The position numbers were made by a program, and so were the translations under genes. From NCBI GenBank assembly GCA_051362555.1, contig CM120648.1:16302587-16366586 (forward strand): a stretch of DNA of 64,000 nt, read 5' to 3'. Positions within the stretch are counted from its first letter, which is position 1. Each line of letters begins with the position of its first letter. The notes beneath the pieces were generated by a model. It was not told the DNA's origin, ran no database searches, and was given only the letters and a program-made list of their open reading frames with translations. The DNA comes from Lingula anatina (Eukaryota; Animalia; Brachiopoda). This document shows, in pieces, positions 12,280 to 21,753 of the stretch.

Positions 12280-12762
12280 AGTAGTAAGAGACGAGGTTTT
12301 CAACCTGCATTTTCGGAGGAGGTATATACTTTTAATGTAATTTTTTTAGTGAACCTTGAACCTTTTGAGGAGGAGTGTACTTTCAATGTAATTTCTTAGT
12401 GACCCCTGAAGCAGAAAGAAGGCTTTGCAAGCGAATTTAAATGACAATCATTTTAGTGTAAACGAGGGACGAGCAAATTCTAATGATGATTCAATAAAAC
12501 CTAGAAGGTTTTTTGTTAAATAATTGTATACCGAGCAAAGAAACGTAAAGGAGGGGTTTGTATGGTTATTTTAGCTATATTTAATTTCAGGAGTTATTGG
12601 AAAAAGTTTTTTATTATTTATTTTATTGAAAGGGCAATTTGAAACCCTTTTTTCTAGAAATGCGCAGAAGAATGCGTTTGGTGCGCCCGCACCCGTCTCG
12701 TGTTTGTGAATATACAGCTGAATGCGCTAAGGCTTGCATGAGCTAGAAACCTCTTGAAAATA
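12280..12762. repeat. Polinton left TIR (483 bp)
   Basis: Reverse complement of 26829-27311 with about 4 mismatches found by eye. Contains two ~50-bp tandem units (~12311-12410), each with GAGGAG. Confidence 0.95.
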
Positions 12763-12902
12763 TTTTTTGAGAAGTTTTATACATCCACAGAAGAACGCGT
12801 TTGGTGCCCGTGCGTCTGACCTTGTATGTAAAGCGCATTAGGTCATTGAAAAGAAAAAATAAATACCGCTGATCCTTGTATACATATTTTATTTAAAAGA
12901 CA

Positions 12903-15900
12903 CTAGATATCTAAGGGTTCAGTAGATACTCCATCTTCTAGCACTTTTCGTTTAGAATAGAAATAACTAAAGGCGTCTCTGTGTTGAAGATACGAATACA
13001 TAGTATTGTTAAATAAACGTATCCCCCTATTGACGCCACTACCGCTTTGTTTATTTAAAAGTACATCTAAATACTTACTTTTATCTATGTTATTACTATT
13101 TCTATTGACCCCTTTGCAGCTAAATTTCGGGTCGGTGTTTTCCCCGAAACAGTAGTACGTCTTACTACAGAGACCAACGATACCGTCACCGACCCACTCG
13201 GCTTTAAACAACCCGGGCGTGCGTTTGTCGTAGGCTTCGTGTTCTGGGGTATCAGTACGCGGAAACCACAGATGTTTCTCGGCTTCGTACTGCACTCTCA
13301 TGTGAGGTTTAACTACTTCTTCTAAGCTTTCCGCCGAGAAGGCGATGTACGCGGAATCCGTGTCCATTTCGCAATATTGGAAATCGGACGGATCCACGAA
13401 TTTCAGCATGAAGTCGTAGTAAAACTCTAACATGCGTAGCTTGGCGTACTGATACACCATCACGCCTATCTGAAGAGGAAGGTCGAATTTGATGATTTTT
13501 TTGTTAAGCTCGACCTCGTACGCGTTTTCGCAAATTTTATCTAAACGCCGAAAACGGTGACTGTTAACTTTTTGTGAGGCTTTTGCCTCGCCGCAATATT
13601 GCACATCTCGGTGCTTTTCTTTGTTGGTCACCGTTTTCCCGTAGCCCGAGTTGCCGATCAGCTTCATGGTGTCGGCAACGATAGCTTTGGTCTTGTCCCT
13701 GTCTCCCTCCCTGCGAGCGTCACTCACGGAGTTTCCGAAATGCTCGAAACAGGCTTTCGGGGTGTACTCGACTACCTGGTGGATGCGCGTCACGCGAAGA
13801 CCGTGGTTTAGGTACCATTTCAAAAGCGGGGTCGCCAAAACAATTTATTCGCCGAAAAAACTCCCGATCAACGAACGTCTCGGGACACTCATGATGCGGT
13901 TTTCTTCAGCGAAACGTTTCATGAAAGGACCGATGTCGTCGCGGGAAACGGTTGTGTTTTTAAAAATGGGCGGCATTTCGGAAAATTTTGGTCTAAGTTC
14001 GGGCGGGACTTCTACGTCGCACTCGACGAATCCAAACAGATTATCATTGCGAATTGCGTCTAGGATCTCGCCGAACGTGAGCCGATACTTGTGCTCTGTG
14101 GGAAGCGTGTATTGTGTCACGAAATGCTTCACTTCCCCGCTTTCGCGTTGAAGTTTTTTCCACTCACACTCCCACATTTCGACGAGATCGTAGCCGCATT
14201 CCCGAATGTACTGGCTATTAATTTCAGTTCCGATGCGTAAAGATTCCATAGTGACCTTTTTTGTGTCATTTATTTCTTTGTAGGTGCCATCTTTGTTTCG
14301 GTTTAAATGGCACCGATGACCGTGAAAATAACACCCGTGGTACTGATACACGGTCTGCGTCTCTCGACAAAACCCATCCACCGGTAGCTGACGGTACCCG
14401 ACGCGCTTTTCCGTACCGTTGAACTGATGTCGAATGCGAATATTGCTCGAATGAGCGACCCAGTCTAACCACAACGTGGCCTCACGGCCTCGCGGGTGAG
14501 AATATTCACGCGTATACTCGGACTCTTCGCGTCTGCGTATAAACGTACCCGTGGGCATGGGTTGCATCAAACACCACAGGTACAGGGCATTAGCGTCGTA
14601 CCCTACGATCTTTTTGCACAGCTTGGGAGCTTCGGATGTCGCCTTTCGAAGAAAGGTCTTATTCCTCTCGTGGTAGCGATGAAAGATGATGCTGGGACCG
14701 CCTACGATAGCGTTTTTTAGAAGGTAGTAAAGATCGCTGTGCTTATCGTCGAAGAGAGTGAAAAATGCGTCTCCTACGTTTTGAAACAGGTATTTCAATG
14801 TCAAACCTGGTACACTAATACCATCTTTAAACATATCAATACCCCTCTCAAGGTAGAAGGCGAACATTTTATCCACTGCTTCTAACATTGGCTCAACGTC
14901 TTTGTTGTTATACCACTCGAGGAAGTCGCGCATTGTTTGCATCTGGTTTTCATGCCAAACGCGTTGACACAATGCGTAATCCTCCTCAGTGATATTACTT
15001 TGTTTTAACTTCGAGTAAAACGCTTCGCGTGGAGGGAGACTTGCACACTCGAGTTTGTCCAAAGAGTCCATCCACTCGTAAGGGAAGAACCCCTTGGACT
15101 CGGCACACTCGAAAGCTTTTAAAAACTGACTATAGCTGCATCCGGGAGCCAAATAGTTGCAGATGTCTAAGATTTTTAGGCGTTCCGATTTTAACACCAT
15201 GAAATTGTTGTTGCGTTTTACGACAAATTTCAAGGTGTCCAACAACAACGGAAAAAAACAGCGTTTTCATGGCGTTAAGGTCGTAATGCCCACTGTTGAA
15301 ACCTAATACGGGTAATTCCATTAAATATTGACTAAATCTACGGCTAAGTTTTGATAAGTAATGTTTGTTTGTTAAGGTTTCTTCATCTTCTTCCATGACT
15401 TCACTTTCCTGTATCGTTTTTTGAATGTTTTGATCTATTTTTTCGTTAAGTTTTTCGAAGATCCAGGCAAACTTGTTGGTAAGAAGTTTTTCAGCCGCGC
15501 GGCTTATATTCTGCAATATTTCTAGGAACTGCTGCACGGCTAGCGCGGGATTGTCATCGGATACGATGCATTCCGGCTTCGTGTGACCAGGCACGTTGCT
15601 GCACACGCTGACGCTGAGGAAACGATGTTCGTGTTCTAAGCTCAGCTTTTCGCTGTGCTGCGGCTCCTCCGTACGGGGTAGCAGACACTCGATGTCGAAA
15701 GTCGCCCGATATCGATAGTATCTGTCTTCCTTGGGGACGAAAATGCCCTCATCTTCGAGGAGGTCGAATACGGTGGGCTGGGGAGCGTACGCCTTGCCGG
15801 GAAAACGGTGCTCTACGAGGACGTCGCAGGTCCGTTCGTGGCGCTGAAGGGACCATTTGCTCTTGAACATTTTGCTGCACCTCGAACAGCAAAACGAGCG

Positions 15901-17040
15901 GCAGTATTTGTCCACGTCGCTGATGTACGAAAAATGATTTTCGTGCACGTTCAGCGACATGGTGTCCTTGTGCTTGCCCGTTGAGCGACGAACGAGTTCT
16001 GCAAACACGTCCCCGTCTTCGTTTTGCTGCAGTTCGTACACGACGATGTTTACCTCGAAGAGGTCTTCCACCTTGTGCAGTCGATGGAGCGCCACGCCTT
16101 GGAAACCTTTGTGTTTGCATTTTCTTTTGCTTTCCCTGTACTTATCAAACAGTTTCTTCGTTGTTGTTTCCAGTCCTCTGACGGATGAACCTTTGTGCAA
16201 GGCGAGGCATCGAAAGAGGCAGAGATTGTCGCGGTACGTTTTTCCTCGGTTGTTTTTTTGCAGGGCAACGAGACCCTTGTTTTTAAGCACGAAGGAAGGC
16301 AGGTCGATCCCGCACCCGATGGGGTGACCCTTTAACTTCGTCACGTAAAACGTGGCGTTGGTGACCGTGTCTACCACCCACTTCGAATTTGGCCTCTCCT
16401 GTCGAGCACATTCTAAGACATCTTTGGCGGTAATGTTGTGGAAGAAACCGTCGAGATCCTGGCGGTGGCGGATCACAGCGGGCGCTTCTAAGAAGCAGTG
16501 GTTGTTGCTGCTGGGGTGGTAGTACCTCAACTGCCCGGTCTCGTTGTTTCTTAAGAAAAAACCGTACGACACGTTGATCTTGAACGCCGTGCGTTGATCT
16601 TCCAAGATCCGCTCCAGGTCGTCTCGAAGGGCATCGGGTTGAAGGGTGGTCAATCTAATATTGTACCAGTCTTGGAGTTTGTTACCCCTCGAGGATCTGG
16701 TCCGTATGCTGTTCCAATGGCTTCCGTACGCTTCGGCAACCGACGGATCGACGTCCGGGGGTAGAAGATTGTCGGGCATGACGACGCGGTCGGCGGCTCC
16801 CGACCCCCTTTGAATCCTGGGTCTTTTAACTGCCGAAGAGGCCTCTGGTTCTTCGCTCAAACTCGTCGAGGTCCCCGGGTGGAGGCGTAGATGCCTATTC
16901 ATGTTATCTCGACGAGCAAAAGTCTTCCCGCTTTCGGGGCATGCTACATGTTTTTCCTTCGTGTGGGTGAGCCGGTGTCGTTTAAGGTTATCGACGCGGT
17001 CGAAGGATGCGCCGCACACTTCGCATTTGTACTGTGCCAT
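12903..17040 (-). pseudogene. Protein-primed family B DNA polymerase (pPolB) with N-terminal C2H2 fingers and an inserted VSR-like nuclease; one frameshift and one in-frame stop
   Basis: Exo motifs FDIE, FNSGHYDL, YNNKDV; polymerase motifs YDANALY, KLIGNSGYGK, MDTDS, KxY. Three ORFs join via a +1 shift in the A7 run (15252-58; LFF-P-LLLDTLK if one base is removed) and an in-frame TAA at 13845-47 (GSFFGE*IVLATPLL). Confidence 0.93.
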
Positions 17041-17209
17041 GGTCGCTGTCGATCTGAAATGAAAATTAAATGCAGACTATAATAACGTGTTTTATATATG
17101 GTTGGTTGAAATAAGACGATTTGATTGGTTAATTCAAAGAGCACTATTTTGATTGGCTAACGAAAAGAGTATTAAAATAAAAGTTACAATTTTATCAGCC
17201 AGTTAAAGA
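17041..17209. promoter_or_regulatory. Putative bidirectional promoter between pPolB and the BIR-INT-capsid unit
   Basis: 169-bp divergent gap with two ATTGG (CCAAT) boxes at 17124 and 17152 in a 28-bp imperfect repeat, and TATATAAA on the minus strand near 17091-98. Confidence 0.5.
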
Positions 17210-17695
17210 ATGGATGACAGTAAAGTATTCACCGACTGTGTACCAGAAGACAAGCCCTTGTTTTTTCGAACACCCTATTGTAAAGAAGAAGATAGGATTC
17301 TCAGTTTTCTCAATTGGCCTGGTAAACTTCTCATCAACCCTATACCTTTAGCCATCAGCGGGTTTTACAGGGACCAAGACGCATCAAATACAGACGACGC
17401 GGTGCTTTGTTTTAACTGCCGCGTCAGTCTTAGAGACTGGGACCCGTTGAGAGATGCAGTGGACGTTGAACACGAACGCCACAGTCCGCACTGTACTATG
17501 AACACGGTCGAGAAGAGACTTGCGAATCCACTAAATGTTCCGCTGACGCCCGAAAAGCGACGCGAATTAGTGCAGCTATTTGTCGCCGACGAAAGAAAAC
17601 CTAAGTACACGCCCAGTACAGTGAAAACACTGTTAAACATAGGCTTTGACGAAGTGGACAAAAACCCCATGCAAAGGACATACAGACTCTTTTAA
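17210..17695 (+). CDS. Single-BIR-domain (IAP/survivin-like) protein carried by the Polinton
   Basis: EEDRILSFLNWP...LAISGFY...DDAVLCFNC...LRDWD...EHERHSPHC gives the BIR signature with all four Zn ligands (C-x2-C...H-x6-C). No RING domain. Confidence 0.85.
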   Translation: MDDSKVFTDCVPEDKPLFFRTPYCKEEDRILSFLNWPGKLLINPIPLAISGFYRDQDASNTDDAVLCFNCRVSLRDWDPLRDAVDVEHERHSPHCTMNTVEKRLANPLNVPLTPEKRRELVQLFVADERKPKYTPSTVKTLLNIGFDEVDKNPMQRTYRLF

Positions 17696-17706
17696 AGTTG
17701 AAAAAG

Positions 17707-18813
17707 ATGAAGAGACGACAAGCGGGTAAAAGTAAGGGACAGACAGACGATTACTTGAAGAAAATATATTACGATCCTTCCAATCCCGCTAGCTTTGGAA
17801 GCGCGTTGAAATTATATGAAGCGACGCGAAGAGATAAAAAGAAAATCGGACTAAAGCAGATTAAGGAGTTTTTGGCCAAGCAAGATACGTATACGCTACA
17901 CGCCAACGTCAGAAAAAGATTTCGCACCAATCGCGTCCTTGTTGGTCGTACAGATCAGCAATGGCAGGCGGATTTAGCCGACCTCGGTAAAATATCTAAG
18001 TACAACAAGGGTTATAAGTACCTTTTAACCGTGATTGATATATTTTCAAAATTTGCATGGGCTGTTGCTATCAAAACAAAAACTGCTGACAGTGTTTTAG
18101 AAGCGTTTAAAAAAATTTTATCCGAAGGTCGAAAACCGGCTATCCTTCAGTCAGATGCCGGAACAGAATTTACTAATAGGAAATTTCAAGCATACCTCAA
18201 GGAACAGGGAATATCGTTTTTTACAACAAAGTCGGAACGAAAAAGCTCTGTCGTGGAACGGCTGAACAGGACTTTAAAATCTAAATTTTTTAAATATTTC
18301 ACCGCCAACAGTACGCTGACGTACATACACGCACTCGACCAACTGCTGACGGGGTACAACGCGGCTAAACACCGGAGTATAGGCATGTCACCGACGGAGG
18401 CCTCAAAAGAAAAAAATTCGGACGCGGTATGGAATAAACTTTACGGGGGGAAAAAACTAGAAAAACCAAAGTTCAAATTTAACGTCGGAGACACCGTTCG
18501 ATTGAGCAAACATAGGTCCCCCTTTGCGAAAGGCTACGAGCAGGGTTGGACGCAGGAGTTGTTTACGATAACGCAACGTTTAAACAGGTCACCGCCGGTC
18601 TACAAGGTGGCAGACTACGACGGAGAGGAGATTGAGGGTGTCATGTATGGACCAGAAATGATTCGCGTCGTAAAAAAAGATGACGTGTATAGGGTTGAAA
18701 AAATTTTGAAATCGAGAGGGAAGGGTAAATCGAAAGAACATTTCGTGAAATGGCAGGGTTGGCCTTCCAAATTCAACAGTTGGGTCCCCGCATCCCGCGT
18801 CAAAACAGTATAA
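17707..18813 (+). CDS. Retroviral-like (rve) integrase with C-terminal chromodomain
   Basis: DDE core WQADLAD...IDIFSKFAW...QSDAGTEF...VERLNRTLK; C-terminal YRVEKILKSR...FVKWQGWPSKFNSWVP. First ATG at 17707. Confidence 0.95.
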   Translation: MKRRQAGKSKGQTDDYLKKIYYDPSNPASFGSALKLYEATRRDKKKIGLKQIKEFLAKQDTYTLHANVRKRFRTNRVLVGRTDQQWQADLADLGKISKYNKGYKYLLTVIDIFSKFAWAVAIKTKTADSVLEAFKKILSEGRKPAILQSDAGTEFTNRKFQAYLKEQGISFFTTKSERKSSVVERLNRTLKSKFFKYFTANSTLTYIHALDQLLTGYNAAKHRSIGMSPTEASKEKNSDAVWNKLYGGKKLEKPKFKFNVGDTVRLSKHRSPFAKGYEQGWTQELFTITQRLNRSPPVYKVADYDGEEIEGVMYGPEMIRVVKKDDVYRVEKILKSRGKGKSKEHFVKWQGWPSKFNSWVPASRVKTV

Positions 18814-18852
18814 AAAAGGATTTGCTGTGGCCTCCGAAGATTAGTCGGAACG

Positions 18853-19581
18853 ATGGCCTCGTCCTTTCACATCACACTCCCTTCCAACAGCAGTTTCAAC
18901 TTTTTTCCAGGCAACAGACCCGAAGCGTTTAGAACTAAGCTGTCCTCGTCGTTATATTTGCACGGACAATATGAAGTAGCTTTGACGGAAATACTTTATT
19001 GTAAAACGTGGAATAATGTGGAAAATAGTTCTCTGAATTATTTCGACGGTCAAAAACCTCAAACGCTTCGGTTGTCTAATGGGTATTACCCCCACGTGAA
19101 TGACCTATTGACAGCCATTCATAACGGGATGTCTGCTCAAGGCCAAATCAACATTCGGTTTGCATTCAACATTATTACGAAAAAGGTAACGGTTCATTTG
19201 AAAGCGGGAGCAAGCGTTCACTTTAGCGGGAGCATTGGAAATATGTTGGGTTTCGATAACGTTAATATATCCGCGGATACTACAGCTATTAAACCGGCGA
19301 ATACGACGGACGACTTCGATTCTCTCTATGTTTACACAGACATTATAAAACCACAACTAGTAGGTGACACATCGGCAAATTTGCTGCGCATAGTTCCGAT
19401 CAAGGGGGAATTCGGTGAAACAATCACGCATAGTTTTGATTCGCCTATTTACGTACCTCTAATCTCTAACGAACTGTCGACAATAAAAATCCATATAACC
19501 GACGACACGGGGAAATTTGTTCAGTTCCAAGGAAGAAAGACCGTCGTAACACTTCATTTTAGACGCAAAAATTTACTGTAA
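18853..19581 (+). CDS. Polinton minor capsid protein (penton, PX-like)
   Basis: N-terminal FHITLPSNSS..FPGN...YEVALTEI and C-terminal LYVYTDII..QLVGD...LLRIVP...LHFR motifs typical of this family; lies between integrase and MCP. Confidence 0.8.
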   Translation: MASSFHITLPSNSSFNFFPGNRPEAFRTKLSSSLYLHGQYEVALTEILYCKTWNNVENSSLNYFDGQKPQTLRLSNGYYPHVNDLLTAIHNGMSAQGQINIRFAFNIITKKVTVHLKAGASVHFSGSIGNMLGFDNVNISADTTAIKPANTTDDFDSLYVYTDIIKPQLVGDTSANLLRIVPIKGEFGETITHSFDSPIYVPLISNELSTIKIHITDDTGKFVQFQGRKTVVTLHFRRKNLL

Positions 19582-19583
19582 CG

Positions 19584-19886
19584 ATGGATCCAGTCTATAC
19601 AGCGCTCTTAAAGTACTATCAGAACCAAGCAGGCGAAGGAATAATTAATAAATTCCACGGAAGACAAAAAGGGGGCGGTGCTAGACACGCAGTAGTACTT
19701 CGCATAGGTGAAAAGCCTGCACGTCACGCGAAAGAAAAAACTCGAAAAAGAAAACTTTATGTAAGCAGTGATGTTATTACAAAAACAATGAACGGCATGA
19801 GTATAAAAAAGGACGTAAAAGCAAAAAAGGCCAGACGCGTTAAAAAACGCACAACCAAACACATCTCCGCGAAAACTAATTTTTAG
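19584..19886 (+). CDS. Small Lys/Arg-rich putative virion core protein
   Basis: 100 aa, very basic; YYQNQAGEG and RQKGGG resemble adenain-type cleavage sites. Packed between the capsid genes with 2-bp and 5-bp gaps. Confidence 0.65.
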   Translation: MDPVYTALLKYYQNQAGEGIINKFHGRQKGGGARHAVVLRIGEKPARHAKEKTRKRKLYVSSDVITKTMNGMSIKKDVKAKKARRVKKRTTKHISAKTNF

Positions 19887-19891
19887 TAACA

Positions 19892-21199
19892 ATGGAAAGC
19901 GTTGTTCGAACGGAACTGGATTTGTTCAGCAACATTCGCGATGCTTTTCAAGTTCAAATAGAACATTCATCGGTGGAAGAATTGAGACCGGTGAACAGCG
20001 TTACAGACACTTCCCCCGTAATAGAATTTCTTATCGTAGGAAACGCGGATGAATATATCGACCCAAATAATATCGTTCTTTATTTGGAAACGCAAGTAGT
20101 AAAAAATGATTTTAGTGACATAGATATCGGACAGGATACAGCTCCTGTCAACAATACGTTACATTCGCTATTTTCGAATGTGGAGGTTGAATTGAATGGG
20201 ACGGTCATAACGGAATCTAACAACACCTACGCTTACCGTGCGTACTTGGAAAACTTATTATTTCACGGGAGTTCTGCGAAAAAGTCATGGTTGACCAACG
20301 AAGCTTGGTATACGGATACACCCGGATTGTTCGATTTGACAGATGTCAGTGGAGATCCCGCTAATGAAGGCTTAAAACGAAGATATTCGCTGTTTCAACG
20401 TTCCCGAAAGTGTGAAATGATGGGGAAGATAAAATGTGATTTTTTTCAACAGCCGAAACTTTTATTAAACAATGTAGACATCAGGATAAAACTACGAAGA
20501 AGCGAACATAGTTTTTGTTTAATGTCCGGAACTACTTCCAAAGACGAAAAAATGCTGATAAAGAACATTTCTCTTTTTGCGAGGAGGGTTAAAGTTTCGT
20601 CCCGCCTCAAGGCTGCCCACGAAACTATGTTGATGAATAACGTGGCTTGTTACCCCATCATGAGAAGAGAAGTCAAAATAATCAATATACCCAATAATGT
20701 TCGAAGTGCTTTTCTGGATAACATATACATGTCTAAAATACCGCGTAGAATTTTTATGGGTATGGTGACGGACGCTAGCCTTTCGGGACAGTACGATTTA
20801 AATCCCTTCAACTTTAAACATCAGAATCTTCGGTCTTTGCGTTTAACCGTGGCCGGAGAACAAATTCCGCTCAAACCCTACAATTTAGATTTTGATACGA
20901 ATGAGGGATTAAATTATATAAGACCTTTTAACGACCTCGTTTCGACAATTGAACCCGAAGAAGCCGATAGAGATGTATCGTTATCGAGGGAAGCCTTTAA
21001 CGCGGGAAACACGATTTTCGGGTTCGATTTAAGCCCCGATCAGTCGCATCAGCCTTACTCGTCTCCTATGCGTCAGGGGTCGCTAGGGGTATCTCTGGAG
21101 TTTACAAAACCTATCAATAACAGCGTACTCGTTGTGTTTGCCGAGTTTGACTCTGTGATCAAAATTGACAATAGACGTTCCGTTTATATGGAGCCGTGA
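19892..21199 (+). CDS. Polinton major capsid protein (double jelly-roll, PY-like)
   Basis: Intact 435 aa; ELDLFS, IEFLI...EYID, PVNNTLHSLFS, YAYRAYLE, NPFNF and FDLSPD motifs characteristic of Maverick MCPs. Confidence 0.9.
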   Translation: MESVVRTELDLFSNIRDAFQVQIEHSSVEELRPVNSVTDTSPVIEFLIVGNADEYIDPNNIVLYLETQVVKNDFSDIDIGQDTAPVNNTLHSLFSNVEVELNGTVITESNNTYAYRAYLENLLFHGSSAKKSWLTNEAWYTDTPGLFDLTDVSGDPANEGLKRRYSLFQRSRKCEMMGKIKCDFFQQPKLLLNNVDIRIKLRRSEHSFCLMSGTTSKDEKMLIKNISLFARRVKVSSRLKAAHETMLMNNVACYPIMRREVKIINIPNNVRSAFLDNIYMSKIPRRIFMGMVTDASLSGQYDLNPFNFKHQNLRSLRLTVAGEQIPLKPYNLDFDTNEGLNYIRPFNDLVSTIEPEEADRDVSLSREAFNAGNTIFGFDLSPDQSHQPYSSPMRQGSLGVSLEFTKPINNSVLVVFAEFDSVIKIDNRRSVYMEP

Positions 21200-21201
21200 A
21201 C

Positions 21202-21696
21202 ATGAATAACCGTCAACTTGACTGTATTATGAAATCGGATCCTATTTCGTGTAAACATTTCATAGGCGTGTTCTCATCGGATACTCTACCACAATATATC
21301 AGTACATATCCCGCAGGACTGATAGTCAACACCGCTAAATATCACGAAATAGGAGAACATTGGGTCAGCATTTATGTTTCAAATGACGGATCAGCAGAAT
21401 TTTTTTATTCCTATGGACGTCACCCCAGCTACTACGACAATAATTTTACTCGATTCCTGAAGAACAATTCGACAAGAGGGTGGTCTTATAATAGTAAAGT
21501 GTTACAAGATCGTTTGAGTGTTGTTTGTGGTTACTACACAATTTACTTTCTGTCGCAACGCTTTCGAGGGAAGACCATGCGAAAGATAAGTGCGAACTTT
21601 TCAAACGATACCAATTTTAACGATTATGTAGTATACGATTTTGTAAATAGAAATTTTATTGTGTCACCTAGATATTGTAAATCACAACTCAAATAA
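21202..21696 (+). CDS. Adenain-like cysteine protease (maturation protease)
   Basis: GVFSSD, IVNT, GEHWV (His), LQ...VCGYY (Gln, Cys). The usual FFDSYG acidic residue reads FFYSYG here. Confidence 0.88.
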   Translation: MNNRQLDCIMKSDPISCKHFIGVFSSDTLPQYISTYPAGLIVNTAKYHEIGEHWVSIYVSNDGSAEFFYSYGRHPSYYDNNFTRFLKNNSTRGWSYNSKVLQDRLSVVCGYYTIYFLSQRFRGKTMRKISANFSNDTNFNDYVVYDFVNRNFIVSPRYCKSQLK

Positions 21697-21726
21697 AACA
21701 GTGTAACAACACATTTATTAAATAAA
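21692..21726. terminator. Convergent polyadenylation signals between the two Polinton gene blocks
   Basis: AATAAA overlapping the protease stop (21692-97) and at 21721-26 on +; TTTATT at 21714-19 (AATAAA on the minus strand) just after the PZ-like stop. Confidence 0.5.
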
Positions 21727-21753
21727 TTTTCAAAATACACGGCTGTCTTTGTT

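Noticed and set aside
15248-15262. Programmed +1 frameshift (plus stop readthrough at 13845) as a pPolB expression strategy
   Set aside because: Both breaks fall inside conserved catalytic domains normally encoded in one frame. A homopolymer indel and a point nonsense change are simpler, and other point lesions occur in the same element.
13599-16327. Antisense and alternative-frame ORFs overlapping pPolB
   Set aside because: Shadow ORFs of a GC-richer coding region with no recognisable motifs.
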